Shown piece by piece: positions 24,818-32,687 of a stretch of 58,993 nt of DNA. The stretch is from the NCBI GenBank assembly GCA_016209715.1, contig JACQVP010000014.1:1-58993 (forward strand). The letters are read 5' to 3'. Under the pieces are notes generated by a model. The model ran no database searches and was not told the origin of the DNA. It was given only the letters and a program-made list of their open reading frames with translations. Every line of letters starts with the position of its first letter. Within the stretch, counting starts at the first letter, position 1. This stretch comes from Candidatus Omnitrophota bacterium (GTDB taxonomy: Bacteria; Omnitrophota; Omnitrophia; Omnitrophales; Omnitrophaceae). The position numbers and the translations under genes were made by a program.

Positions 24818-25590
24818 CGGTTGAATGTCCTCCAGGTATTGGATCCATGCGGTGAACGGTGATGATCCACGCAGTTTTCACCGGGGCCAATGAAGTAATT
24901 TCCGCCGCCCGCGCCGTGCGGCACGCCGCCGATATTACCAGCCTGATTATTGGTATTGGGCTCCCAGTGGCATCGCAGACAGAGCGCATTGTCGTCCGCG
25001 ACGAGCAATTTTGCATAAACGCCGCCGTGGGGTTCATGGCAAACCTGACAGCCGTCCCGCATCGCGTCGTGCTCGAAGACAAACGGCCCTTTGTATTCCT
25101 TATGGCATTTAAAGCATTTTTCGCTGGATCGTTCCAAATCGGTGACGGAATGTGATGCCCGGTCGGCGTTATGCATGCCATGGCAGTCCATGCACGCCAT
25201 TTGCCCTTCCGTCACGGGATGATGAAATTGAAGTTGAAACTGAGCCTTTTTGTCCAGATGGCAGGCGAAACAACGCTCCGTATCATAGCGTATGATCTTT
25301 GTTTTATCTCCGCTGCCGTCCACATGCAGACTTCCGGGACCGTGGCAGGATTCACAGGCCTCCCCGGTGATTTTCTCTCCCTCTTCTAAACTAGTCCCGA
25401 AATGGGATTCCAAGCGGTGCCGCTTCACGACGTCCTCATGGCAAGCGGCGCAGGTTTCCATTCCGACGTATTCGGCCCCCGGTATCGTATGCTGCTCAAG
25501 AGCATTGCGGATTTCTTCATAGTCCCGGCAGGAGGAAATATAAAATGCTGTGAGTGCAAAAATTGGGAGCAACAGGTAACGAAGTTTCAT
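24814..25590 (-). CDS. Heptahaem c-type cytochrome lipoprotein
   Basis: Lipobox FYISSC. Seven CXXCH motifs (CAACH, CESCH, CFACH, CMDCH, CFKCH, CQVCH, CLRCH) with paired CXXCH-x-PH spacing, plus a terminal CVDHH. Confidence 0.85.
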   Translation of the reverse strand: MKLRYLLLPIFALTAFYISSCRDYEEIRNALEQHTIPGAEYVGMETCAACHEDVVKRHRLESHFGTSLEEGEKITGEACESCHGPGSLHVDGSGDKTKIIRYDTERCFACHLDKKAQFQLQFHHPVTEGQMACMDCHGMHNADRASHSVTDLERSSEKCFKCHKEYKGPFVFEHDAMRDGCQVCHEPHGGVYAKLLVADDNALCLRCHWEPNTNNQAGNIGGVPHGAGGGNYFIGPGENCVDHHRSPHGSNTWRTFNR

Positions 25591-25605
25591 AATCGCATTT
25601 TAATA

Positions 25606-25621
25606 GGCCAGAATCGTGCCA
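25606..25621 (-). promoter_or_regulatory. Sigma54 (-24/-12) promoter TGGCACGATTCTGGCC
   Basis: The minus strand reads GTTGGCACGATTCTGGCCTA. TGGCACG is perfect, the GG-N10-GC spacing is correct, and it lies about 15-30 nt upstream of the cytochrome ATG in the 48-nt gap after the NtrC-type regulator gene. Confidence 0.6.
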
Positions 25622-25638
25622 ACTTCATGAAGGGGAAA

Positions 25639-27096
25639 TTACTGTTCAGAGTTCTGAGATTGGGTGTTTTGGCTCAAGTCGGCTGGATCTTCCGTGTCAT
25701 TCAACCCATATTTTCCCATTTTATACCGCAAAGCGTCCCGGCCAATGCCCAGCATGCGTGCGGCCTTGGACTGATTCCCCGATGCCGCTTCCAGCGTCTG
25801 GATCACAAGCTGTTTTTCGATTTCATCCAGCGGAACGGACAAGAGACAGGTGGGCAATTTATTGGAGGGCTTGCCGGAAGACGGCGCGCTTCCTTCCGAC
25901 TTGTAATCCTTCAGCACACAGCCGCAATCGATCTCCGCCGGAAGATGATGGGTCCGGATGAGGGTTTCTTCATTCAGGATCATCGCCCTTTCGATGATGT
26001 TTTTGAGCTCCCTCACGTTCCCGGGCCATTTATAATTCAGGAGCATTTCCAGCGCGTCCGGCGCGATGCCGGAAATCGATTTTTTGAATTCCCGGTTGAA
26101 GTGGGCAAGGAAATAGCCCGCTAATGCCGGGATGTCCTCTTTCCGCTCACGCAGCGGATGAAGATAAATAGGCACGACGTTCAGCCGATAGTAAAGGTCT
26201 TCCCGAAAGCGCCCCTCCCGGACTTCCACCTTCACGTCTTTGTTCGTCGCCGCGAGGATCCTCACGTCGGCCTCAAGTTCCTTGACCCCGCCGATCTTGC
26301 GGAATTTTTTCTGATCGATGAGATGGAGAAGTTTTGCCTGGAGCTCCTTCGGCATATCGCCGATCTCGTCCAGGAAAAGGGTTCCTCCCTGCGCTTCTTC
26401 AACCAGCCCTTTTTTAGACTGACGCGCGTCCGTGAAAGCGCCCTTTTCATACCCAAACAATTCGCTCTCGAGAAGGGTCGCCGGAAGCGCGGCGCAATTC
26501 ACGGCGATGAAGGGACGCGCCGCCCGGCGGCCCCCATAATGGATCACACGGGCGAGCAGGTCCTTGCCCGTGCCGCTGGCGCCCTCGAGAAGCACGGTGG
26601 ACGCCTCCGAAAGACATATCTGCCTCACCAAATCGAGCACCCGTTTCATGAAAACACTTTCGGCTACGATATTGGACCAATCATATTTTCCACGTTCGAT
26701 GGACTCCCACTCATGGATCTTTTTCCGCAATTTCCTTCTCTCAATCGCTTTTTCGATATTGAGCTTGAGTTCGTCAAATTGAAACGGCTTGTGCAGATAA
26801 GTGAACGCCCCTGCCTGCATGCATTCGACCGCGCTCCGGATGTCATCATTCGCGGTGATGACCAGGACGGAGACCAAAGGATCCCGCTTCATCATTTCCA
26901 TCAGAACATCCTTCCCGTTTCCGTCCGGGAGGCGCAAGTCCAGGATGACCACGTCGACCACGTCCTCTTCAAAGAGCCGCAATCCCGCGCCGGCCTTCGT
27001 GGCCGTAGCGACTTCATACCCTTCGCGCGTCAAATCTTTTTCCAACGACCAGCAAATCAATTTTTCATCATCCACGATCAATATTTTGGCCTTCAT
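25639..27096 (-). CDS. Sigma54-dependent response regulator (REC + AAA+ + Fis-type HTH)
   Basis: ILIVDDE...DLRLPDG receiver, GASGTGKD Walker A, GAFTDA sigma54-contact loop and a C-terminal QSKAARMLGIGRDALRYKM HTH. Confidence 0.9.
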   Translation of the reverse strand: MKAKILIVDDEKLICWSLEKDLTREGYEVATATKAGAGLRLFEEDVVDVVILDLRLPDGNGKDVLMEMMKRDPLVSVLVITANDDIRSAVECMQAGAFTYLHKPFQFDELKLNIEKAIERRKLRKKIHEWESIERGKYDWSNIVAESVFMKRVLDLVRQICLSEASTVLLEGASGTGKDLLARVIHYGGRRAARPFIAVNCAALPATLLESELFGYEKGAFTDARQSKKGLVEEAQGGTLFLDEIGDMPKELQAKLLHLIDQKKFRKIGGVKELEADVRILAATNKDVKVEVREGRFREDLYYRLNVVPIYLHPLRERKEDIPALAGYFLAHFNREFKKSISGIAPDALEMLLNYKWPGNVRELKNIIERAMILNEETLIRTHHLPAEIDCGCVLKDYKSEGSAPSSGKPSNKLPTCLLSVPLDEIEKQLVIQTLEAASGNQSKAARMLGIGRDALRYKMGKYGLNDTEDPADLSQNTQSQNSEQ

Positions 27097-28634
27097 CCCA
27101 TCCTCCCCGCCTCCACAGAGGCCTCGTCCACCGCAGACTCCGCCGCGGCCGGCAAAATGATGCTTAAAATCGTTCCCTTCCCGGGAAGGCTTCGTGCCCG
27201 GATCGAGCCGTGGTGGGCCTCGATGATCCCCTTGGAAACCGACAGCCCCAATCCTGTTCCGTCCGCGCGCGTAGTGAAAAAAGGTTCAAAGATGGAGGCC
27301 AAGACGTCTGCGTCCATTCCCAAGCCGGTGTCCTCCACTTCGGTGAGAACTCCGTCCGGGACGGGCTCGATGCGAACGCTCAAAACGCCGCCTTCCGGCA
27401 TGGCGTTTGCGGAATTTAAGAACAAGTTCAGAAAGACCTGCTCCAACTGCCCTTCGTCCCCGCACACGGCCAATCCCGGGGATTTCGCCGTCACCTGAAA
27501 GCGGATGTTCCGCGACCTGAGAAAATGCTCCGCCAAATGAAATGCCTGCTGGACCGGGTCGGCGAGCGGGCACCGATCAAAAGAGGGCGGCTTTTGCCGC
27601 GCGTACCTCAAAAGATTATGAAGGGTCTTTTCGATGCGCCCAACCTGCATGATGAGCTCCGTAAAAATTTCGGGGTCCTGCCCGGGCTGAAGCTCGCTCT
27701 TGAGCGCATGGAGCGTCGAACTCATCGCGGCCAGCGGATTTTTAATTTCATGCGAAATATTGGAAATGAATTGCCCGAGAGAAGCCAGACGGTTTGAATG
27801 TGCAAGTTCGCGGCGGTGCTGTTCGGCAATTTTCTGCTGGGCCCGGCGAAAGCCGCGGATCATGGCGTTGAAGCTTTCTGAAAGGCGTTTCAAATCCGCA
27901 TCGCCCCGGATAGAAATCTTGGCATCGAGTTGCCCGCGCTGCGCTTTCTCCATCTCCGATATCAGCTGCCGAATGGGTTTGCGCACAATGGTCCGGACGA
28001 CCCACCGGATGAGGACCGCACTCAGCAGGATGATGCCGCCCGCGGCGATAATCATGAAGAGCCGGTTTTCGGCGAAGCGTTTGAAGATCGGCGCCAGGGA
28101 GACGTGAAGCTCGATCCCTCCCAACGCGGCCCCGGGGACAACGTCATGGCAGCGCATGCAGGCGGCCCGGCTGTGCACGGGATGCACGATCCGGAGGGTC
28201 CCCTTCGCACCCTTCTCCTGGAAGTGGATCACGCCTTGGTCGCGCGTAAAACGGTCCGCATCGGTCGTCGTCAAATCGACTGCCTGGTCGATTTTACGAG
28301 GGACCGTTGAAAAACGAATAATCCCTTTCGCATTGAAGATGTTGATCTCCGCGAGACCCAGACGATCTTTTTCGCTCCCGATCACCTGCTGCAATTGTGC
28401 CGGGTCGAACGTTTCGTTCATCATGGTCTCGATCAGCTTTCCCTTAAGGTACTGCGCCTGGTAGAGGGACGTCGTCACCAGCGTTTCGGCGATCCGCTTG
28501 GAAGCCCCTTTCATCAAAGCGAAGGCGCCGATCCCCACGATGAGACACACCACGGCGCCGACGGTCAGGACGAGTTTCACGGTCAGGGATTGAAACAGGA
28601 TCCTTTCCAAAAAGCCGGCCCTCCTAGTTCCCAT
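27093..28634 (-). CDS. Sensor histidine kinase with a periplasmic CXXCH (haem c) domain, HAMP, HisKA and HATPase
   Basis: Two TMs flank an approximately 150-aa loop containing CMRCH. H-box NISHEIKNPL; N/G boxes LNSANAM and DTGLGM...GTGLGLS. Confidence 0.85.
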   Translation of the reverse strand: MGTRRAGFLERILFQSLTVKLVLTVGAVVCLIVGIGAFALMKGASKRIAETLVTTSLYQAQYLKGKLIETMMNETFDPAQLQQVIGSEKDRLGLAEINIFNAKGIIRFSTVPRKIDQAVDLTTTDADRFTRDQGVIHFQEKGAKGTLRIVHPVHSRAACMRCHDVVPGAALGGIELHVSLAPIFKRFAENRLFMIIAAGGIILLSAVLIRWVVRTIVRKPIRQLISEMEKAQRGQLDAKISIRGDADLKRLSESFNAMIRGFRRAQQKIAEQHRRELAHSNRLASLGQFISNISHEIKNPLAAMSSTLHALKSELQPGQDPEIFTELIMQVGRIEKTLHNLLRYARQKPPSFDRCPLADPVQQAFHLAEHFLRSRNIRFQVTAKSPGLAVCGDEGQLEQVFLNLFLNSANAMPEGGVLSVRIEPVPDGVLTEVEDTGLGMDADVLASIFEPFFTTRADGTGLGLSVSKGIIEAHHGSIRARSLPGKGTILSIILPAAAESAVDEASVEAGRMG

Positions 28635-30531
28635 TTTCGCCGTGCCCTTCCGGGGACTTTCCCGTGAACATGCTCCAATTCATGGGGTAATTTTCGGGGT
28701 CGAACATCGCAAAATAAAAATGCCAGATCACGATGGCCAGCGTCGCCAGCACGGCTTCGTAAAAATGGACGATGGTCGCGACGTCGAGCGCCCATTTGGG
28801 GAAATACCGCATCGCGAAATTCTCATAGACCAGCATCAGCCCGGTGACGGCCATGACCACGGAGCCCCAGACCAGCGCCCAGTATTCGAGCTTTTCCACG
28901 TAGTTGTATCGCGCCAAGACGGGTTTCTCCGGCGTCAGGCCGAGATTGTGCTTCTGCATGCGCCAGAAATCGGAGAAATCCTTCGCCGCGGGGAGCAGCG
29001 CCCGGAACTGGCCGCGCCCGCGTTTGGTGAAAGCGAGGTAGCCCAGGTGGAAGGCGCCCACGGCCATGAACAACTTGGCCGCCAGGCGGTGCACGATCCC
29101 GCGCCAATCGGCCTGCGTCCCGAAGAAGGTGAAAGGCGCGGCCCACCAGGCGTCCGGATATTTGAGGGCGAAACCGGAATAGGCGAGCAGGATGAAAGAA
29201 ACGGCCAGGAGCAGGTGCTGGATCCGCTCGCTCAGCGTGAACCGGGTGTGCCGCCCTTTTTGCTTGGCCCGGGCGTAATGCTCGCGGAGTTTGCGCGCGA
29301 AATCAAGGGCGTTGTGCACGATCATCCCCCCGATCACCAGCAGAATGAGCCAGACATAAAAGACCCCCACGAAGTAGACCACCTGATCGCGGAGACTGGA
29401 AGGCGCGATGTGGATCGAGCCCTTGGCCAATTGATCGCTCACGTTCGGGTGGCAGCGCCCGCAGGTTTGGGGAAGGTTTTTCTTGTTGACCGAAGAGGCC
29501 GGGTCGCTCGAAGGCAGGATGTCGTGGGCGCCGTGACAGCTGGCGCAATTCGCCACCGTGGTGCGCCCGAACTTGCTCGCCAGCCCGTGATAACTTTCCA
29601 GATAAGTTTTCACCCGGTCGGCGGGCAGGCGGTATTTGGTGACGACCTTCTCGGCGGCATGGCAGTGGCCGCAGGTCTTTTCGGACACCGCGGTGGTGTA
29701 GACCGTCGAGGCCGGGTCTTTGTGCGAAAGGATGTTGTGCTCGCCGTGGCAATCGGTGCAGACGGGCACTTCCATCTTGCCCGCCAGGGCGGCGCGGCCG
29801 TGGATGCTCCGCTCGTAAGTCCGCAGCACGTTCTCGTGGCACTTGCCGCAGGTGCCGGGCACGTGCTTTTTGAAAATTTTCGATTCGGGATTGGTCGGCG
29901 CGTGCAGGTCGTGCGAACCGTGGCAATCGTTGCAGACGGCCGCGGAAAGGTTCTTCTTCTCCAAGAGCGCCTTGCCGTGCACCGTGTCGGCGTACGAATG
30001 AAGGGGTTGTTTCTCCAGCAGGGAATACCTCGCCATCATCTTCTCGTTCTCGTGGCAGACGGCGCAGGTCTGCGGGATGTTCAACCGGTGGATCGGGGAA
30101 AGGGGATCCCGCGCGCTGCGAATGGTGTGTGTGTCGCCGTGGCAATTGAGACAGCTCGCCGCGGGGACCCCGCTCTTGAGCGCCTTGCCGTGGTCGGAGG
30201 CGCCGTAAATCTCGGCCTCGACGCGGTGGCAGACCGCGCAATCGACCTGTTTCAGGCTTTCCGGGTGGGGCAATTCTTTGATGTCGCTGTGGCAGGAAGT
30301 GCACAAATTGCTCCCGTGCGCGGTGGTCTCGAAATCCTCGAGCTTGAACGTGTCGTGGCAGGCGAGGCAGTCTTCGTTGGCGATGGTTTCAGCCGCTGCC
30401 GGCTCGTCCAGCGGCGCGGGGGCAGGTTCCTCGGCGCAAGCCAGCGCCGCCCAGAGGCAGATCGCGAGCGCGATCAGGATCAGGACGAGATCCAGCTTTA
30501 CGCGATTTCCCCCGAATGGCAATCGAAACAA
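28624..30531 (-). CDS. CbcL-like fusion: periplasmic 11-haem cytochrome c plus a 5-TM b-type cytochrome (FdnI/HydC-like) domain
   Basis: Signal peptide, 11 CXXCH motifs, then His-bearing TM helices (IQHLLLAVSF, IVHRLAAKLF, VATIVHFYEAV). TTG start at 30531 or 30522. Confidence 0.8.
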   Translation of the reverse strand: MFRLPFGGNRVKLDLVLILIALAICLWAALACAEEPAPAPLDEPAAAETIANEDCLACHDTFKLEDFETTAHGSNLCTSCHSDIKELPHPESLKQVDCAVCHRVEAEIYGASDHGKALKSGVPAASCLNCHGDTHTIRSARDPLSPIHRLNIPQTCAVCHENEKMMARYSLLEKQPLHSYADTVHGKALLEKKNLSAAVCNDCHGSHDLHAPTNPESKIFKKHVPGTCGKCHENVLRTYERSIHGRAALAGKMEVPVCTDCHGEHNILSHKDPASTVYTTAVSEKTCGHCHAAEKVVTKYRLPADRVKTYLESYHGLASKFGRTTVANCASCHGAHDILPSSDPASSVNKKNLPQTCGRCHPNVSDQLAKGSIHIAPSSLRDQVVYFVGVFYVWLILLVIGGMIVHNALDFARKLREHYARAKQKGRHTRFTLSERIQHLLLAVSFILLAYSGFALKYPDAWWAAPFTFFGTQADWRGIVHRLAAKLFMAVGAFHLGYLAFTKRGRGQFRALLPAAKDFSDFWRMQKHNLGLTPEKPVLARYNYVEKLEYWALVWGSVVMAVTGLMLVYENFAMRYFPKWALDVATIVHFYEAVLATLAIVIWHFYFAMFDPENYPMNWSMFTGKSPEGHGENGN

Positions 30532-32009
30532 TTCATCTCCTTCCAGGCTTCGCCCACGTCTTCATCGGGATGCTTGAACTCGAGCCCACCCGTGTTGCTT
30601 TCGATCGCCCCCGGCTTTCCCTGCTCCATGATGATGTGGCAGGAGTTGCAATCGTTGGTGAGGATCTCGCCTCCCGCGGTTTTATGTTTGTTGTCGTGGC
30701 ACCGGAAACATCCCGGCGCGTCTTTGTGCCCGATGTTCTCCGGATAGGCCTTCCAGGAAACCTTCATCTCGGGGAAAAAGTTGCTTTTGTAAATCTTGAC
30801 CACGGTGTTAACGCTCCTGGCTAAACTGTCCTTTTTCTCCTTCAGCACCGCGGGGTACTCCGATTCATAAAAGGCCTTCAACGATTCCCGGATCCCGGCC
30901 GCGGCTTCCTTCTCGCTGGCGTATTCGCCGACCAGGGCCTTCACCGCCTCCCGCTTTATATAAGGAAGCTCGCGGTCAATCTCCCCCACCGAAAGGGCTT
31001 CGTTGACCGCGTCCACCGGCGTCCGGAAATTGTGGCTGGGCCGGTTGTGGCAGTCCATGCAATCCATGCGCCGTATCTCGCCCGGGGGCGGCGAAGCCGC
31101 GGAAAACCCCGATTCTTCGTCCACGTAGACACGCTCCTTCCCTTCCGGGTCGATGATTTTGACCCAGGGGATCACGTGGCGCTCTTCGTCGGTGGCGATG
31201 TAATAAACTTTATTTTTGATGTTCATGTGCCAATGGATGCCCTCTTTTTTGCCGAACTTGCGGGTCCCCCCGCCCACGAACAGGAGCATCCGCGTGCGCC
31301 ATTCAGTGTTGGCCTCATCGGGCAGGAAATACTGCTTGTCCTGTTCCACGGCGCCGAAAAACTGCTGCGGCCAATGGCACCGCTCGCAAGTCTCCTGTGC
31401 CGGACGCAGGTGTTTGATGGGCGTTTCAATAGGCTTGGAATATTTTTTCATGACCACCGAATACACCTGGTAGGCCCCTGAAAATTTGGAGCGGACATAC
31501 CACGCCGCGCCCGGCCCGATGTGACATTCCACGCATTTGACCCGCGCGTGCGGCGAATTGTGATAGGCGGTAAATTCCGGCTTCATCACCTCGTGGCAAA
31601 CGCGGCCGCAGAACGTTTGCGACTCCGTGAATTCGTAAGAACGAAACAGGCCAAACACGGTGAAAAGCCCGAACAGGGTGGTCACCCCGATCGTGGTGAA
31701 GGCCCATTTTTGATGGGTCGGATTGTTGAAGTCGATCGCGGGAAAGCGCCGGACGGTGCCGTGTTTGAGCCGCGCGGCCCGCTCCCGAAGGGCCCCCACG
31801 GGGATCAGGATCAAACTCAAGGTCAAGAAGGCCGGCGCCAGAAAATAAGTGATAATCCCGATGTAAGGATTGATCTCCTTCGACCAGATGTCCAGGAAGG
31901 ACAGGAACAGGATCACCGTGAAGAAGATGACGGACAGTATCCCCCCGATGACGCTGATCCAATTCTGGAAATAGGAGTCCTTTTTATTCGGGTTATTCGG
32001 GTCCATCAT
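30498..32009 (-). CDS. ImcH-like inner-membrane multihaem cytochrome (NapC/NirT-related)
   Basis: Three N-terminal TM helices; CGRVCH (CX3CH) plus six CXXCH motifs (CVECH, CERCH, CMDCH, CFRCH, CNSCH, CFDCH). ATG at 32009 behind AGAGGGA; the track start at 32012 is a TTG. Confidence 0.7.
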   Translation of the reverse strand: MMDPNNPNKKDSYFQNWISVIGGILSVIFFTVILFLSFLDIWSKEINPYIGIITYFLAPAFLTLSLILIPVGALRERAARLKHGTVRRFPAIDFNNPTHQKWAFTTIGVTTLFGLFTVFGLFRSYEFTESQTFCGRVCHEVMKPEFTAYHNSPHARVKCVECHIGPGAAWYVRSKFSGAYQVYSVVMKKYSKPIETPIKHLRPAQETCERCHWPQQFFGAVEQDKQYFLPDEANTEWRTRMLLFVGGGTRKFGKKEGIHWHMNIKNKVYYIATDEERHVIPWVKIIDPEGKERVYVDEESGFSAASPPPGEIRRMDCMDCHNRPSHNFRTPVDAVNEALSVGEIDRELPYIKREAVKALVGEYASEKEAAAGIRESLKAFYESEYPAVLKEKKDSLARSVNTVVKIYKSNFFPEMKVSWKAYPENIGHKDAPGCFRCHDNKHKTAGGEILTNDCNSCHIIMEQGKPGAIESNTGGLEFKHPDEDVGEAWKEMNCFDCHSGEIA

Positions 32010-32031
32010 CAAAGTCCCTCTTAGCTGTGCA

Positions 32032-32074
32032 AGAGTACCGTATATATACTCAGCCGAAAGTGATCGGCATCACA
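32032..32074 (-). promoter_or_regulatory. CRP-type operator TGTGATGCCGATCACT (32059-32074), then 21 nt, then the -10-like TACTCT (32032-32037); putative imcH-cbcL operon promoter
   Basis: Read directly, with the same 21-nt geometry as the other three sites. A TATATATA run at 32041-32048 is an alternative -10. Confidence 0.5.
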
Positions 32075-32082
32075 AAGGGTCC

Positions 32083-32130
32083 AAAAAAAAAGGCTGCCCG
32101 TCACCTCCTCTGAACCCATGACGGACAGCC
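32083..32130 (-). terminator. Rho-independent terminator after the tetrahaem cytochrome gene
   Basis: Minus strand GGCTGTCCGTCA-15 nt loop-TGACGGGCAGCC (12-bp stem, one G-U pair) followed by a run of 9 T. Confidence 0.75.
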
Positions 32131-32156
32131 CGGCGGCTCAATCAGCCACCTAATAC

Positions 32157-32687
32157 TTATTTATTTGGAACCGGGTGCTTAATCTTCTCCCACCGTTCCG
32201 CAAAATTGAACGGCCTGAAATTCGGGTTTTCTTCGTTATGGCATTTCACGCAAGTCGCTTCGGTGGGAATCTCCATTCCCGCCTTCATCGCCGCGTCCCG
32301 ATTTTCCATAATGCTCTTCTTGGCATAGTCTTTCCCCGCACCGTGGCAAGACTCGCAGGAAACGCCTTCCTCGACCGGCACTTTTTGTGTAACTTTTTGC
32401 TCTGTAAGACCATACGCTGTCGCATGGCATTTCAAGCATTTGCCGCTCGTCGTGGGATCTTCAATTCCCAGCTTGGCTGCGGTTTCCTTGGCAGCCGGTG
32501 TCGTAAGTGTTTGGTAGGCTTTGGAATGTGCGGATTCCTGCCAAATCCTCAGCTGTTCGCCCTGTTCCGGTTTCTTGTGGCACATTGAACACATCTTCAC
32601 CCCTGTGTATTCATGAGCGGCCAGTGCCGCGTCCAAGGGGGCCAGCAGATTCACTGCCAAAAACATCATGATCCATTTCTTCATCAC
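32157..32687 (-). CDS. Periplasmic tetrahaem c-type cytochrome
   Basis: Signal peptide ending LDAALA-AH and four CXXCH motifs (CSMCH, CLKCH, CESCH, CVKCH). The track start is a GTG at 32687; the first ATG is at 32684. Confidence 0.85.
   Translation of the reverse strand: MMKKWIMMFLAVNLLAPLDAALAAHEYTGVKMCSMCHKKPEQGEQLRIWQESAHSKAYQTLTTPAAKETAAKLGIEDPTTSGKCLKCHATAYGLTEQKVTQKVPVEEGVSCESCHGAGKDYAKKSIMENRDAAMKAGMEIPTEATCVKCHNEENPNFRPFNFAERWEKIKHPVPNK

Noticed and set aside
25151-25166. Isolated TGTGA half-sites inside coding regions (here, and at about 12266 and 25559)
   Set aside because: Only one half-site matches and they lie within ORFs, without the downstream GACG / 21-nt / TAnnnT pattern.
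28642-30747. Long plus-strand shadow ORFs opposite real minus-strand genes: this 701-aa one, plus 810-1919, 5800-7314, 10946-13069, 14545-15846, 43131-44741, 55453-56418 and 57044-58363
   Set aside because: Each lies antisense to a gene with clear family motifs. They have Arg/Gly/Pro-biased composition, no RBS or coupling, and no motifs.
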